A stretch of DNA of 64,000 bases from Neodothiora populina (Eukaryota): assembly GCF_041146345.1 (NCBI RefSeq), contig NW_027191410.1:372001-436000 (forward strand). The letters are read 5' to 3'. A model generated the notes under the pieces. That model was not told where the DNA came from, ran no database searches, and saw only the letters and a program-made list of their open reading frames with translations. Position 1 is the first letter of the stretch. Each line of letters starts with the position of its first letter. Both the position numbers and the translations under genes were made by a program. This document shows, one piece after another, positions 34,870 through 45,678 of the stretch.

Positions 34870-37445
34870 ATACCTCGTCCAGAACCGCCACATACATACT
34901 ACCACTCTACACTCCAGCCAACATTCCTCCCATTCAGGGACCGAACGCAACTTGACGCAACGCACAACCCCCCCCCCCCCCCCCCCGAAGCTAAACAGAC
35001 TAACGCAAGGCATCTGCTGTACATCACTCTACCGTACCATAGTAAAGTGTCCGTGTCGTTCCCTCCCAGCATCAGGACAGAAACTAAAAATGTCCACAAG
35101 CCAAGACCTTACGCTTCCACGAATAGACTTCGCCGTTAGTTCCCACTACGCATTGACGTCCGACACGGCGATGATGATGCTGATGATGATGGTCGGTCGT
35201 GGATGGTTCTGGTGGTGAGGAGGGAATCGTGACTGTGACATTGACATGACACGAACCTTGCGGGTTACGGTAAGGTCGAGATTCTTTAATTTTTGTTTTT
35301 TGCTCTTTTGGCCTGATCTTAGCTTCCGCTCTGGCTGTGCCGCAGGGTGGACGGCCGCCGGGCGTGCTTATACGGGGATTTTGGACGCCTGGGGATTCTC
35401 CTCGTATCTGTTCGTCTATACAAATCTGCGTCTGTGCCTTTCGAAGGGTAATCGCCTCGAGGTCGCTGGCCCATCGTGCTGTACCGTGTATTGGTCTCCG
35501 TTGCCGGAGCAGGACGAGATTGAGGGAAGGGGGATAGGCACGATAGAAAGCTAGCTCAATCTTACCGACGCTGCCACTAAGGGCCCATTCCTACTGTATC
35601 TCTTTCTTCAAATTTCTCTCAACCTTGCAAGTACTGCTCCTGTCGACCCCAGCATTCATTTCGCATACGGTGACGGGCAAACAAAAACTAAAACCCAAAA
35701 CACAAAAACCAAGAAGCATAAAAACGCCTCATGCCATCATTACCCGCGCGAAAGCGCGAACTTTCAGGTCAAGAGATCCAAAAATAAGAAAAAGCCAAGG
35801 TAGACCCCACCACCGCCTCCGCTGCTGCCGTCGCCGCCCGCCGTTTGGTACAGTAGCACTGCACTGTTCCCGCTCGTCAGGTAGCGTCGGTAGGAAGACA
35901 GCGTTGGCGGGGATGAAGAACGGTAGAAAAGAGAGACCCAACGAGGAAAAGGTAAAAGTTATTCTTAGTCGTGGACTAGTACTGTATGGGTACAGTATTT
36001 GGTCTTGGGAGTGGACGACGGACTAGAAAGGCTTGGCTTTTCGCTTCGGGCCTCCAGGGTAGTATCGTATCGTATATATCTCGGTATAGCAGCGGTCGGT
36101 AGTGGGATGATATCGATTGTCTGATAGACTAAAATGCCCGAGTGAGATCTCGTATGCAAGTGCAGACAATTTAGATTGGAGTAGAGAGGAGAAAGAAAAA
36201 GCATGGATATAGAAGAGAGGAGCCTCGTTCAATAAACAGCCCGATATCGACAGGCCACTTTAAATTATCGCTCGTATTCACACTCTCCTCGCCTTCCCTG
36301 CCCAGGTCATTGCACTCTACGCACACACACGACACAGAAATGCCAATGCCCCTTAGAGGGTAGTCTTTAGCGAAGCGCTCAATGTCATGACGGCTTCACC
36401 ACTCGCGAATCCTCTGCTCAGATACAAAAACGAAGAATCAGCATTTGAGACACTCCACTATCGCTTCAGACAAGTAATAAACCCGTGATTGTGACTTTCA
36501 CCCTACCCTCACACACGGATCGCGAAAGACCAAATAATTGTTTCTCTACACGGACTATGTGCAAAGCACACTCCTCTCTCTTCTCCTTGAGCACGAACGT
36601 CCCCGCGTGAAGACCCGACTCGCGCAGACGCAGTGGTCGCGCAACATGCCCTGTTGTTCGGTAGTCCGTGTTCGCTTCGCACTCTGTGCTCCCTTTCGTA
36701 CGTGACACTCGAGTGAGGTTGTCTCTCGTGGCAGCCAAGACGGAATAGGATATCCATCTACTGTGTACGGGGCTCTGTCAAAGCTCGGTATCGGCGAGCC
36801 CGTCTGCTCTCGAGTAGACTTATCTGAGCACTCGAACACGAGGATATGGCAATCGCCTGTCTGTTATGCAAGAGCCATGGCGCTCTTTACATTACTGTGA
36901 CCATGACGGAAAACAAATACATTCACCTAATCCAACACGAGAACCAAGTGCGGTCTCAGGCACCCGGCATGCAGCAGCAATGAACGCATACATGCATGTC
37001 CAGTAATGTAAAAGTATGCGCAATGACGATGGCCTCGTGTCGTACATAAGGTGAACAAGCCTTTCTAATCGAGCCGTAAAGCTTACCTTAACCTTTTCTA
37101 TCTTGCCCGCTTCTTCAATGCTCTTTTGTACGAACATGATGACGGAGGCAGTGAACGTTGGAGGCTTCTTCGGTAATAAGATTTTGGAATATGACATACA
37201 TAGAAGTAAGGTGATCCTTGCAGAGCATCAATGCTACTGAACACGATATTGCACAAACTGTGTACAGCATCATGCTATGTCAAGAACACACAAAAACAGA
37301 GAGTGTTCAAACCTTGACTACTTCTGTGTTAGCATTCCGTTAAATTGGCATTTCGTCCATGTCTGGCTGGGAAATACAGATTTCTTGACGAGAAGTGATG
37401 GTGCTATTGATGTGTGCTTTATCACGCATTCTTCGGCCCATGGCT
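34870..37445 (+). ncRNA. Candidate large structured non-coding RNA (one or two transcripts); boundaries and strand tentative
   Basis: No credible ORF. TATATA at 34844. Nested helices include 35560-35575:35880-35895, 35591-35600:35847-35856, 36548-36558:36661-36671, 36886-36897:37001-37012 and 37198-37208:37319-37329, and there is a GAAA tetraloop hairpin at 35745-35758. Confidence 0.45.
34968..34986. repeat. Poly-C homopolymer (19 nt)
   Basis: Directly visible. Confidence 0.95.
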
Positions 37446-37652
37446 ACTAGGGTATTATGTGGCACATATGTTGTTTTCTGTAGTATCTAGTCTCGATCTA
37501 TGCATGGTTGAAGATGCCTAGCGTAATTCCGAGAGTATCGTTGTTCGTGAATATATGTTACGACTAATGGTATGCTGTGGAGTAAGAAAGACGACATCAA
37601 TGCTGAAAGGGAAATGCAACAGCTTGTGGTAATCCGTATTACGTCTCGTGTC

Positions 37653-40600
37653 TCAGTCATCGCTGTCATCGACAACAGCCCGTCTCCTACGCTGCACAGG
37701 CTGACGAAGAAGAGACACATGGCTGCTACCTTGTTGCGTTGCAGCACTATCGCTCAGCTCAGCCAGAGCCTCAAAGGCAGCTCGGCCAATGTCGTCTTCG
37801 TCTTCACTCTCTTCATCACGCATACGAGGTAGTGAGGAGCTGATCATCTCAATGGGAGCGTCACTGCCGACCACGAACGCATTCAATTCAGAGTCGGGTT
37901 CTCCGTCTTCGTCTTCCTCGCCCATCGTGTCGTCGGAGCCAAGATCGATGCCCTGAGTCCCTATACGCATATTCGCTGGTGTAGGCTCTGGTTCTGATTC
38001 GTCGCCTTCCATTTCTGAACTGTCATTCCTCCTTCGAGCAGCAGTACGGCGTTTTGCAGCTCTACTCGCTGGTTTCGAGGCTGTCTTGCGCCTACTTGCA
38101 GCCGTGGCCTTGTTCTTGCTGCCATGGGTAGGTAGGGTGGGAAGACGCGGCAGCTCCATATCACTTTCTGGCTCACCAAGAAGATTATCAGCGCTATCTG
38201 TCAGATCAGAAAGGCGGAGACGATTCTTGAACAGCCGAATGCGATCTGAGTCCATGTTGTTGATGTTTCTCATCGTATTGGCGATCGCGAGGGAACGCTC
38301 ACTATGTTTGACGAGCCTTGAAGGACCTGGAAAGCCCGATGTAAAACTGTCAAGCTTTGGAGCACCAACGGTAAGCGCACCGTCACTTGTGCCGTTGACA
38401 TATTGATACTTCCGCTCAAGCTCCCGTTCCTGGACCTTACTCAACGTGATATCGCTGACAAAAGGTAAGGGAACAGCTTCAGGCTCAGGTATTGGCGCTT
38501 TAAGCTTGGAGGCCGGAGCGATCTTCTTGGACGTAGTCTTCGCTTTTGGTCTGACAGCAGCTTCTTCTTCGTCGGATGCATCCATTCGCGACGCATTGAC
38601 AAAGCCAGTCCGGACGTTATCAGGCATGTGGAATTTTTTAGGCGGTTTCTTTGGCACTCTCTTACGCTTGTTCGGCTCAGGCAGGTCAGCTTGCGAGTTT
38701 TCCACAGGAATCTCGACGACACGCTTGTCGACAGACGGATTCACCCCTCTAGGAAGGATACGCGGCGACTTATCATCGTGGAAAGTAAAGCGAGAACCTT
38801 CGCTGATCATGGCTTGCATCTTTTCGTAGTTGTCCTTTGCCTTTTCGAAATCGACTGCTTCCTTGTCCTTCATAAGCAGTACGGCGATCTTTCCCTTGCG
38901 CTTTCGACCAGTGCGACCCATGCGTTGAAGCATTCGGATTGGTGATGAAGAGGCATCGTAACATACGATAAGATCAACCTCGCCAATGTCGAGTCCTTCC
39001 TCACCGATAGATGTAGCGACAAGAGTATTGTAGGTCCCATCCTTGAATTTCTCGATGACATTGAGCTGGAGCTTCTGATTCATTCCTTCAGATCCTTTGG
39101 ACGCTGCTTGACCAACAAAAACGTGGGCTCTGATCATGGGCTGATTTCGGTTCATGACACGAACAATTTCTTCAGCGCTATCTCGCCAGTGCGCGAAAAT
39201 CATAATTCTTGTACTTTGATCTTTCGAGTCAAGGAAGTGATTCAACACTACACTTCTCAGATACTCCAGCTTCGGGTGACCAAGAAATTCAGGGTTCCTG
39301 ACCCAGCTCTGTACGGTTCCCATCAGTTTGCGGAAATTCTGATCCTCGCGTATTTGTTTCGCGTACTTCTTCTTGTTTTGTCCACCATCAACCTCATTCT
39401 GAAATTCGCACATGTTATGATAGAAAGGAACGATTCCGTGAAACTTCAGAAGGGAGATGCCATGAGCGAGACTGCTGAGAACAGAGAAGATAGAGACTAC
39501 CATGCCCTTGATCGCCTGTGGTGCCTTCCGGCCTGGTTCCGACTTGCTCCATTCGCGCTGAGCTATCGTGCAGCCAAAAGCAGTCAACTTCATGGGGTCT
39601 CTGTTCCAGAACGCATTCTGACCATTGAGCTTGCTGAGAACAGGCTGTATCGCCTTTGACAGTAATTCCATAACGAGGTTCATTTCATCGGAGTAATCGA
39701 ACTTCATTGCATCAATCTCACGTTCATGCACATATTGTGTTATGTCGATAGATCTCTCCGTACGAATCTCGACTCGCGAGATATCCAGACCGTCAATGAC
39801 CTCCTGCACAGCTTCGACAGTCGAACCCGGTGTAGCAGTCAGAGCCAGCACTCGGAAGCTCTGGTTGAAGCGGCGGAGGAATTTGATCAATTCCACATAG
39901 GCATAGCCACCGGTTGCACGATGAGCCTCGTCAACTACAACTAGCACAATTCGCTTCGGGTCGCAGTAGCCGTGCTTCAAATCATTCATGATCGTCTGTG
40001 GAGTCATAAAGAATACCCTCTTCTCTTTCCACTCTTCCGCTCGTATCGCTGGTTTGGTCTCACCGGTGAGCAAGACAGTTTCCGAACGAGGGATGCCAAC
40101 AATGTTGAAGCATGCATCGATCTGCTGTGCTACCAAAGGTTTCGTTGGGGCGACAAACACCATCTGAGACTTTGGCGCCCACCGGAACCAATTGAGCATG
40201 ACTGTGGCAGCGATGAATGTCTTGCCTAAGCCAGTTGGGAGGGCAACCAAAAGATTGTGGAACAATCCTCTTGCAACGATGTTGTATTGATAATCTCTGA
40301 TACTGCCCAGATTCGTAGGATACACCCACGTCTTGATTGATTCTAGATCAAGTGCGTGGTGGGTGGCAGGTTCTTGCTGTGTAGCCAAAGGCCATGCATG
40401 TTTCTTGTTCGTCATAGTAGCAGCAGGCTGATTAGGCGCCTTGCTGCCGAACAGTGTTGTCTGGACAAGTCCCGATTTGGGCGCTGCAAGATTGCGGACA
40501 CGATGTGCAGCCGCAAGCTGGGCTTGAGCCACGATCGGCTGATCAAGCTCTCCAAATGACATTGATGAGTCTGAATCGAATGCATCTGAAGGCAAATCCA

Positions 40601-42128
40601 CAAGTTCATCCGGCGCCGGGGTTGATAGAGCCGAGTTGCGAACCTGATCGAGACCTTTACGAGATTGCACTGCCTTTTGTGGTAGCATTGACCTCGGATT
40701 GTCAGGCGCAAGCTCTGTTCGGTGTTTCGAGGAGATGGCTTGAAGAGGAGCATTTGCAAAAGCTTCTTCGTCTGATAAGTCGTCGTCAATGTCGATGAAA
40801 GGAGCGTGATGTCCCCTTTTCCCGAGTGTTCGAGATGGATGTTGTGGCGACCGATTCGTGACAAGGGCTTTAAATTGGATATTACTGGAAGCTCTCTCGA
40901 CTTCGCGGTGCTCAGATACCGCAGCGTTCCTTGCTAATGGCTCGGTAGCACTATGTTCCAGCATCGACCAATCTTCAGCGTCCAATTCATCGATAAGGAT
41001 GGAGTCTTCAACCAACTCCGGATGTGCGGCATCGTCTTCGACCGGCACCTCTGTACTAACGGGTAAATTTCCTGCTGCGATAGAATGTTTTAATGAAGAA
41101 TTATGTGCAGTCTCCGCGGGCCGGTTGACTGTTCGAGCTGGAGGAACCTTGGGTCTCTCGTAAAGGTGCGCCCAATCCTCCATATCCAAGTCATCACTAT
41201 TTGGGATGTCTGAAGGCTCAATCGCTGCCCTTGTTGGGAGTGACGCAGGGGGAGAAGGTTGCACGCTAGGCAGGGTAGATATCACGGCATTATTCGGTCT
41301 TGCAGATCTTGCGGTACCACTTACTGCTAGAGAAGTAGACGTGACTGGCGGGCGCATGGCACCTGGAGAACCTGACTTGGGAGCAGTGTGTACATTATCG
41401 AAAATTCCTTTAGGCGCGTCTCTTTTCCAGATTGCACCTCTGATCTCCCACGGATTTGTAGACGGTGGCGGGGCGTTGGCATCCAAAAACCTATCCTCCA
41501 GATACCCCTCAGCAGTGATATGGATAGCATGCTTTGGCTTTTGCGGTCTGACAAAGTCATCATCATCATCAATACCGTTGATGGTACTTTGCCTTCTGCT
41601 TCTACTCTTCTTCGATCGAACCGAAACAGCGGAGCCATCCTCGTCGCTATCGAAGGTGGTTGATCGCCTAGTCTTTCTTACAGGAGGTTTGGCTGAAGGG
41701 GAAAATGCCTCGTCGCTGTCATCTACGACAGTCTTTGCCTTCTTGCCTCTTGCACTCCTCTTGGACGGCGCCGATGTGACTGATGCATCATCGTCACTAA
41801 CGATGGTAGGATTCTTCTTGGGACGACCGCGCTTGGACTTTGGTTTCGATGTTGCAGGAGACTCAAAATCATCATTACCATCGGCCTTGATAGCCTTTGA
41901 TGATTTTGTAATCTTTTTGGAAACAGCTGCCTTCACAGGCGGTTTTGTAGTACCTGAAACAAGCCGACGTTTCTTCACAGGTCGCGGTGAGGAGTCGAAG
42001 TCCTCATCATCAGTCATATCGCAGACACTGCTGGGAGATATGCGGAGGAAGTGACTGTTCAATTCGCTTCCATTGATGGTGACATTTGTCTGCTTGCCAC
42101 TCATACAGATAATTGACGCCGATCTCAT
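37653..42128 (-). CDS. MPH1: FANCM/Mph1/Fml1 DEAH DNA helicase, intronless; the true start may be the ATG at 42017
   Basis: WVYPTNLGSIRDYQYNIV, LVALPTGLGKTFIAA, VVVDEAHRATG, LALTATPG, HPKLE, LVATSIGEEGLDIGEVD and RMLQRMGRTGR. Confidence 0.95.
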   Translation of the reverse strand: MRSASIICMSGKQTNVTINGSELNSHFLRISPSSVCDMTDDEDFDSSPRPVKKRRLVSGTTKPPVKAAVSKKITKSSKAIKADGNDDFESPATSKPKSKRGRPKKNPTIVSDDDASVTSAPSKRSARGKKAKTVVDDSDEAFSPSAKPPVRKTRRSTTFDSDEDGSAVSVRSKKSRSRRQSTINGIDDDDDFVRPQKPKHAIHITAEGYLEDRFLDANAPPPSTNPWEIRGAIWKRDAPKGIFDNVHTAPKSGSPGAMRPPVTSTSLAVSGTARSARPNNAVISTLPSVQPSPPASLPTRAAIEPSDIPNSDDLDMEDWAHLYERPKVPPARTVNRPAETAHNSSLKHSIAAGNLPVSTEVPVEDDAAHPELVEDSILIDELDAEDWSMLEHSATEPLARNAAVSEHREVERASSNIQFKALVTNRSPQHPSRTLGKRGHHAPFIDIDDDLSDEEAFANAPLQAISSKHRTELAPDNPRSMLPQKAVQSRKGLDQVRNSALSTPAPDELVDLPSDAFDSDSSMSFGELDQPIVAQAQLAAAHRVRNLAAPKSGLVQTTLFGSKAPNQPAATMTNKKHAWPLATQQEPATHHALDLESIKTWVYPTNLGSIRDYQYNIVARGLFHNLLVALPTGLGKTFIAATVMLNWFRWAPKSQMVFVAPTKPLVAQQIDACFNIVGIPRSETVLLTGETKPAIRAEEWKEKRVFFMTPQTIMNDLKHGYCDPKRIVLVVVDEAHRATGGYAYVELIKFLRRFNQSFRVLALTATPGSTVEAVQEVIDGLDISRVEIRTERSIDITQYVHEREIDAMKFDYSDEMNLVMELLSKAIQPVLSKLNGQNAFWNRDPMKLTAFGCTIAQREWSKSEPGRKAPQAIKGMVVSIFSVLSSLAHGISLLKFHGIVPFYHNMCEFQNEVDGGQNKKKYAKQIREDQNFRKLMGTVQSWVRNPEFLGHPKLEYLRSVVLNHFLDSKDQSTRIMIFAHWRDSAEEIVRVMNRNQPMIRAHVFVGQAASKGSEGMNQKLQLNVIEKFKDGTYNTLVATSIGEEGLDIGEVDLIVCYDASSSPIRMLQRMGRTGRKRKGKIAVLLMKDKEAVDFEKAKDNYEKMQAMISEGSRFTFHDDKSPRILPRGVNPSVDKRVVEIPVENSQADLPEPNKRKRVPKKPPKKFHMPDNVRTGFVNASRMDASDEEEAAVRPKAKTTSKKIAPASKLKAPIPEPEAVPLPFVSDITLSKVQERELERKYQYVNGTSDGALTVGAPKLDSFTSGFPGPSRLVKHSERSLAIANTMRNINNMDSDRIRLFKNRLRLSDLTDSADNLLGEPESDMELPRLPTLPTHGSKNKATAASRRKTASKPASRAAKRRTAARRRNDSSEMEGDESEPEPTPANMRIGTQGIDLGSDDTMGEEDEDGEPDSELNAFVVGSDAPIEMISSSLPRMRDEESEDEDDIGRAAFEALAELSDSAATQQGSSHVSLLRQPVQRRRRAVVDDSDD

Positions 42129-42619
42129 AAGGGCACCTCAAGGTAGACGCGTTCTAAATTGGAACACGCGTCTCACAGTGGCAAGAGCGAACCTGGGGTC
42201 ATATTGCCAAGACCCACCAACACTGAGGTGTTCATCTATCACCAGCGCTGGCTTGATCATTACAAGTGAAGCAGAATACATCCTGCGTTAGTGATATTTT
42301 ACGTTGTGCGTGTGAAGTGTCACCGTTCAATTAGTCAACCTGTGTTGATTCCTATAGGTCTCCCACTCGTTATGCTAAAGTTGAGGCAGAGCGATTACAT
42401 TCCGCACCTCCGTTCCGCGATACCATGAATAGGCGCAATGGGCCGCTCGCTACCTTATACTTCACCGGATCCTCGCACGCCCATCTCGAGTGCGGGGGTC
42501 AGACAAGTTGGTCAGCAACTCGGCACCCACATAACTCGAAGGAGTCAACGACGCCATGACATGTAGACCTCTTCAGGAACTCAATCTACTCTTGTCTCTA
42601 TAGTCGGTCTCCTACCAAA

Positions 42620-43177
42620 ATGCCAGAGCTTACAGGCGACCCCAATCAGCATGATCCCTCTAATTTCGCCGAATCGATGAGTGGCACCTGTCTTTGTGGG
42701 AGCATCAAAGTGACTATAAACGACAAAGAACTGTTCACAAGGCCACGCGGTCATCTCTGTCACTGTGCAAATTGCCGCAAGGTGGCTGGGAGCTATGTAT
42801 CCAGTAATCTGCTTATCGAGGAGGATAAAGTCGTTATAGAAGACCGGAACGGTACTTTGAAGTCTTACACAGATACGGAGACTGGAAGCGGGACGCCGCT
42901 AAGTAGGTTTTTCTGCGGAACCTGTGGCAAGTGAGTTCTTCCTGGAGACATCGCCTCTATGCTCTAGGTATGCGGGATGCTGATGAGTAGCACAAGTCCT
43001 ATCAAGTCCGTGGTGCCGCGGCTTTCTGGCAAGGTCATCGTCAAGATGGGCATGTTTCCACGGATACCAGCACCAGAGCTTGAGAGTTTCGGTCTTCATC
43101 GTCATCCCTGGCAGGGTACTCATGAGGGAGTAACACAATATAAGATCAAGATGGGAGAGGAGAAGTTACACGAGTAA
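42620..43177 (+). CDS. GFA/CENP-V (Mss4-like) zinc-binding protein; intron 42931-42996 (alternative in-frame acceptor at 42990)
   Basis: GTCLCGSI...LCHCANCRKVAGS...RFFCGTCG is the Cys pattern of the GFA family. Confidence 0.9.
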
Positions 43178-43570
43178 ACGGTGGACAGTCAAGATGTCTC
43201 TTGGGAGGTGATCACTGCAACTTGCTCTGCGATTGTTGGAGCAATGGCAGCTGCATCTTTGATAATTCGTACTTAATGGAAAGGTGTTCTTGGTCTCTAG
43301 GCAATGAATCCAGTCCCTGTCCAATCCTCAAGGTCGATTCTGAGATCGAAGTTGGCGACCCTCGCTTTCTTAGACACACCGGTCTATGTTCGGTTTTCAA
43401 TGCTATGAGACTTGTGACCAATACGCCTTCCGTCGATGTATTGCAATGAGTGACCAGAAGAGAAGACCAGCTTCAACGCAAATATGGTTTAGTAGTACAC
43501 ACCTCAAGAATGATGAAATTGCTTATGTCTTCTAACGCTCTTGCCATTCGTTCTTCAATCTCATCTGTAG

Positions 43571-44845
43571 CTAATCAATCCTTATATACCGGCTTCGAAG
43601 GGAGCGACCACTGGTCATAGGCGTGTCCATTTCCTCAGGATCCTTGACATCATCACTTAGATTAATGCGTGCTTGGGATGGTGTCTCCGGTGTTGTTTTG
43701 ACTCTGTAAAGGCGACTGATAGCTCGCTGACCAAGGTTCTTTGCCCCCTTGGTCACTCTAGTGATGACTGCTCCGAGCAGCGATGGATGTCTTTCGGGGA
43801 TTTCTTCACCAGCCTCCACTTCTTGGACAGCAGGCGTAACATTCTTCTTGGGCTCTGTGTTCGGTGGCGAAAGGTATGTGTTCCTTGTCGTGAGGTCATA
43901 GCGATGAGGATATTTTACTGAAGTCTCACGAACCAGCGCATCCATGCCGTCATTACTCTCAGTCGTGAGGTCAGTACTTGGAGGTGTAGCAATTCCCGTG
44001 TAGGGAAGTACACGACCAGGTGACGAGATCACGGCAGTTCTGATGCGAAAGAGCTCAGCCGAGATTGAGCTCATGGTTTGTGCCTGCGCTTCTTGTGATT
44101 CTTTAAGGTGATTGGAGTACGTCTCATGCTGGATCCTGATTTGTGCATGTAATTTCTTATGCTCAGTGTGCAATGCGTCATACTTCTTCAGCAATAGGTC
44201 ATGTTGGTCTCGCAACTCCAGAAACTGATCACGAGATTGCTGCTGGAGACTAGTTACCTCGGCCCAAATCGCGGCACTCCGTTGGGTGAAGTCAAGACGA
44301 GAAGAGACAAGTTCGTCTTCTTCCTTTCTGTGCTGTTCTTCAATCGGCTCAGTGTTGCTCAGAGTTCTTATGAGCTCGTAAACCCCTTCAGGAAGCTTGT
44401 CAAGCTCGAAATCAAGTGGGGTGGCGTAACGAGTCAGCAGGCTTTGCAGCTGATCATGTAGTTCAAACGTGGCATCTACAGGGTCGATTGGCACTGCAAT
44501 CGCTCTTGAAGAGGACGCCTGCAAGGTACGCTTGATGCGACGAACAGGCTTATCAGGCACGCTGCGTGGTGATGGGATGTCAAGGCTATATCCAAGGGAA
44601 GTGGTAGGACTTTCCTCCCTGCCCGTCTGGGACTTTTCTTGTAAATGTGCATTATCGAGACGACGACGCTGCCGCGATCTCGTGAAGCGACTGTCATCAT
44701 CATGGTCATCGACAATGGACTCTGCGACAGATTTTCGCTTGAGTGACGCTTTCAATACCGTGTCGGCCTTCTTCGACTTTGGTTCTGGAGATGTCTTGAT
44801 TGCGACGATCAGACTACTTGGGGAAGAAGAGACACGCCTCAGCAT
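43571..44845 (-). CDS. Hypothetical protein with a central coiled coil
   Basis: Open ~424-codon frame from the first ATG (44845). Heptad-like region WAEVTSLQQQSRDQFLELRDQHDLLLKKYDALHTEHKKLHAQI. No family recognised. Confidence 0.65.
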   Translation of the reverse strand: MLRRVSSSPSSLIVAIKTSPEPKSKKADTVLKASLKRKSVAESIVDDHDDDSRFTRSRQRRRLDNAHLQEKSQTGREESPTTSLGYSLDIPSPRSVPDKPVRRIKRTLQASSSRAIAVPIDPVDATFELHDQLQSLLTRYATPLDFELDKLPEGVYELIRTLSNTEPIEEQHRKEEDELVSSRLDFTQRSAAIWAEVTSLQQQSRDQFLELRDQHDLLLKKYDALHTEHKKLHAQIRIQHETYSNHLKESQEAQAQTMSSISAELFRIRTAVISSPGRVLPYTGIATPPSTDLTTESNDGMDALVRETSVKYPHRYDLTTRNTYLSPPNTEPKKNVTPAVQEVEAGEEIPERHPSLLGAVITRVTKGAKNLGQRAISRLYRVKTTPETPSQARINLSDDVKDPEEMDTPMTSGRSLRSRYIRID

Positions 44846-45678
44846 TTTAGCCAAAATTGATGATGGACGATTATCGCTGATATTGAGGTAATGATCGATA
44901 ATGGTCGATGGCACAACTCCAAAGAGCGCGCAAGTTTGGCAAGAAACGTGCGCTCAGCGATAGATTTGCAAGCCTCAGAATTCCTCGTTATCAGAGTCCA
45001 CGAGAAACACGTGACAAAAATGCACCAAAGTTAGCGTAGAGACAAATGACCGATCATGTTATGTATGGAGGAGAGATAATCCTCATTGACGGTCCAAGAT
45101 TAGAGTCTACGTTGAGTGATGGGAAAAGCGGCATGTCTCGAGTGACTGAATCAGCCTTGGCCACTTTCGCCGGATGTGGGACGGTTAATCTCTCTCCTGC
45201 CACACAAAGTAAGGTACCCTACCTACTCTTACCAGCTTTCAAATATGAGGTATACTTGAGGACAATATATCACGTTATGTCCTGCTGGGGTTCGTTGCGC
45301 TTGTCTTGCGAGTACATGCTATAGGGGCTCTGTTCCACAGGTCTTCTTGAGTGTATAGGTTCTCAGTGTTCCGACCTGAAAGCCGGTGATACGGTATGCT
45401 CGTCTCGACTAGATTACATCAAGACTTGTCAGGGTAGCAGCACAACCGCTAGCACATTCCCGCTCATTGCTACTCATTGAATGTTACACAACGTCTCCCA
45501 CATGGCATTATATAACCATGGTACAAGTTCATCAATGGTTACGTAAACCTCATAAATGCTTCAAGCAATTGCATGATCTATAGCGAAACATCTGTACAAT
45601 GACTCGTATGCTATAACCACGAGGATCTGTTTAACCAAAAGTCGGACCTGACAGGTTGAGACGGCTACTGAGGTGCAT

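Noticed and set aside
36591..36777. RNase MRP-like P4 pair GAACGTCCCCG ... ACGGGGCTC
   Set aside because: The conserved A residues of CR-I (GARAG) and CR-V are missing, there is no GARAR P8 loop, and I found no P1 helix. It remains worth including in an Infernal scan.
36466..37378. Minus-strand multi-exon coding gene suggested by GTATTT...GCTAACACAG and short ORFs
   Set aside because: I found no splice path giving a continuous protein-like frame.
34627..37652. Canonical telomerase template (TAACCCTAA) and U1/U2/U3/U5/snR30 signatures
   Set aside because: Searched by eye on both strands and not found, so the structured region is not assigned to a named RNA.
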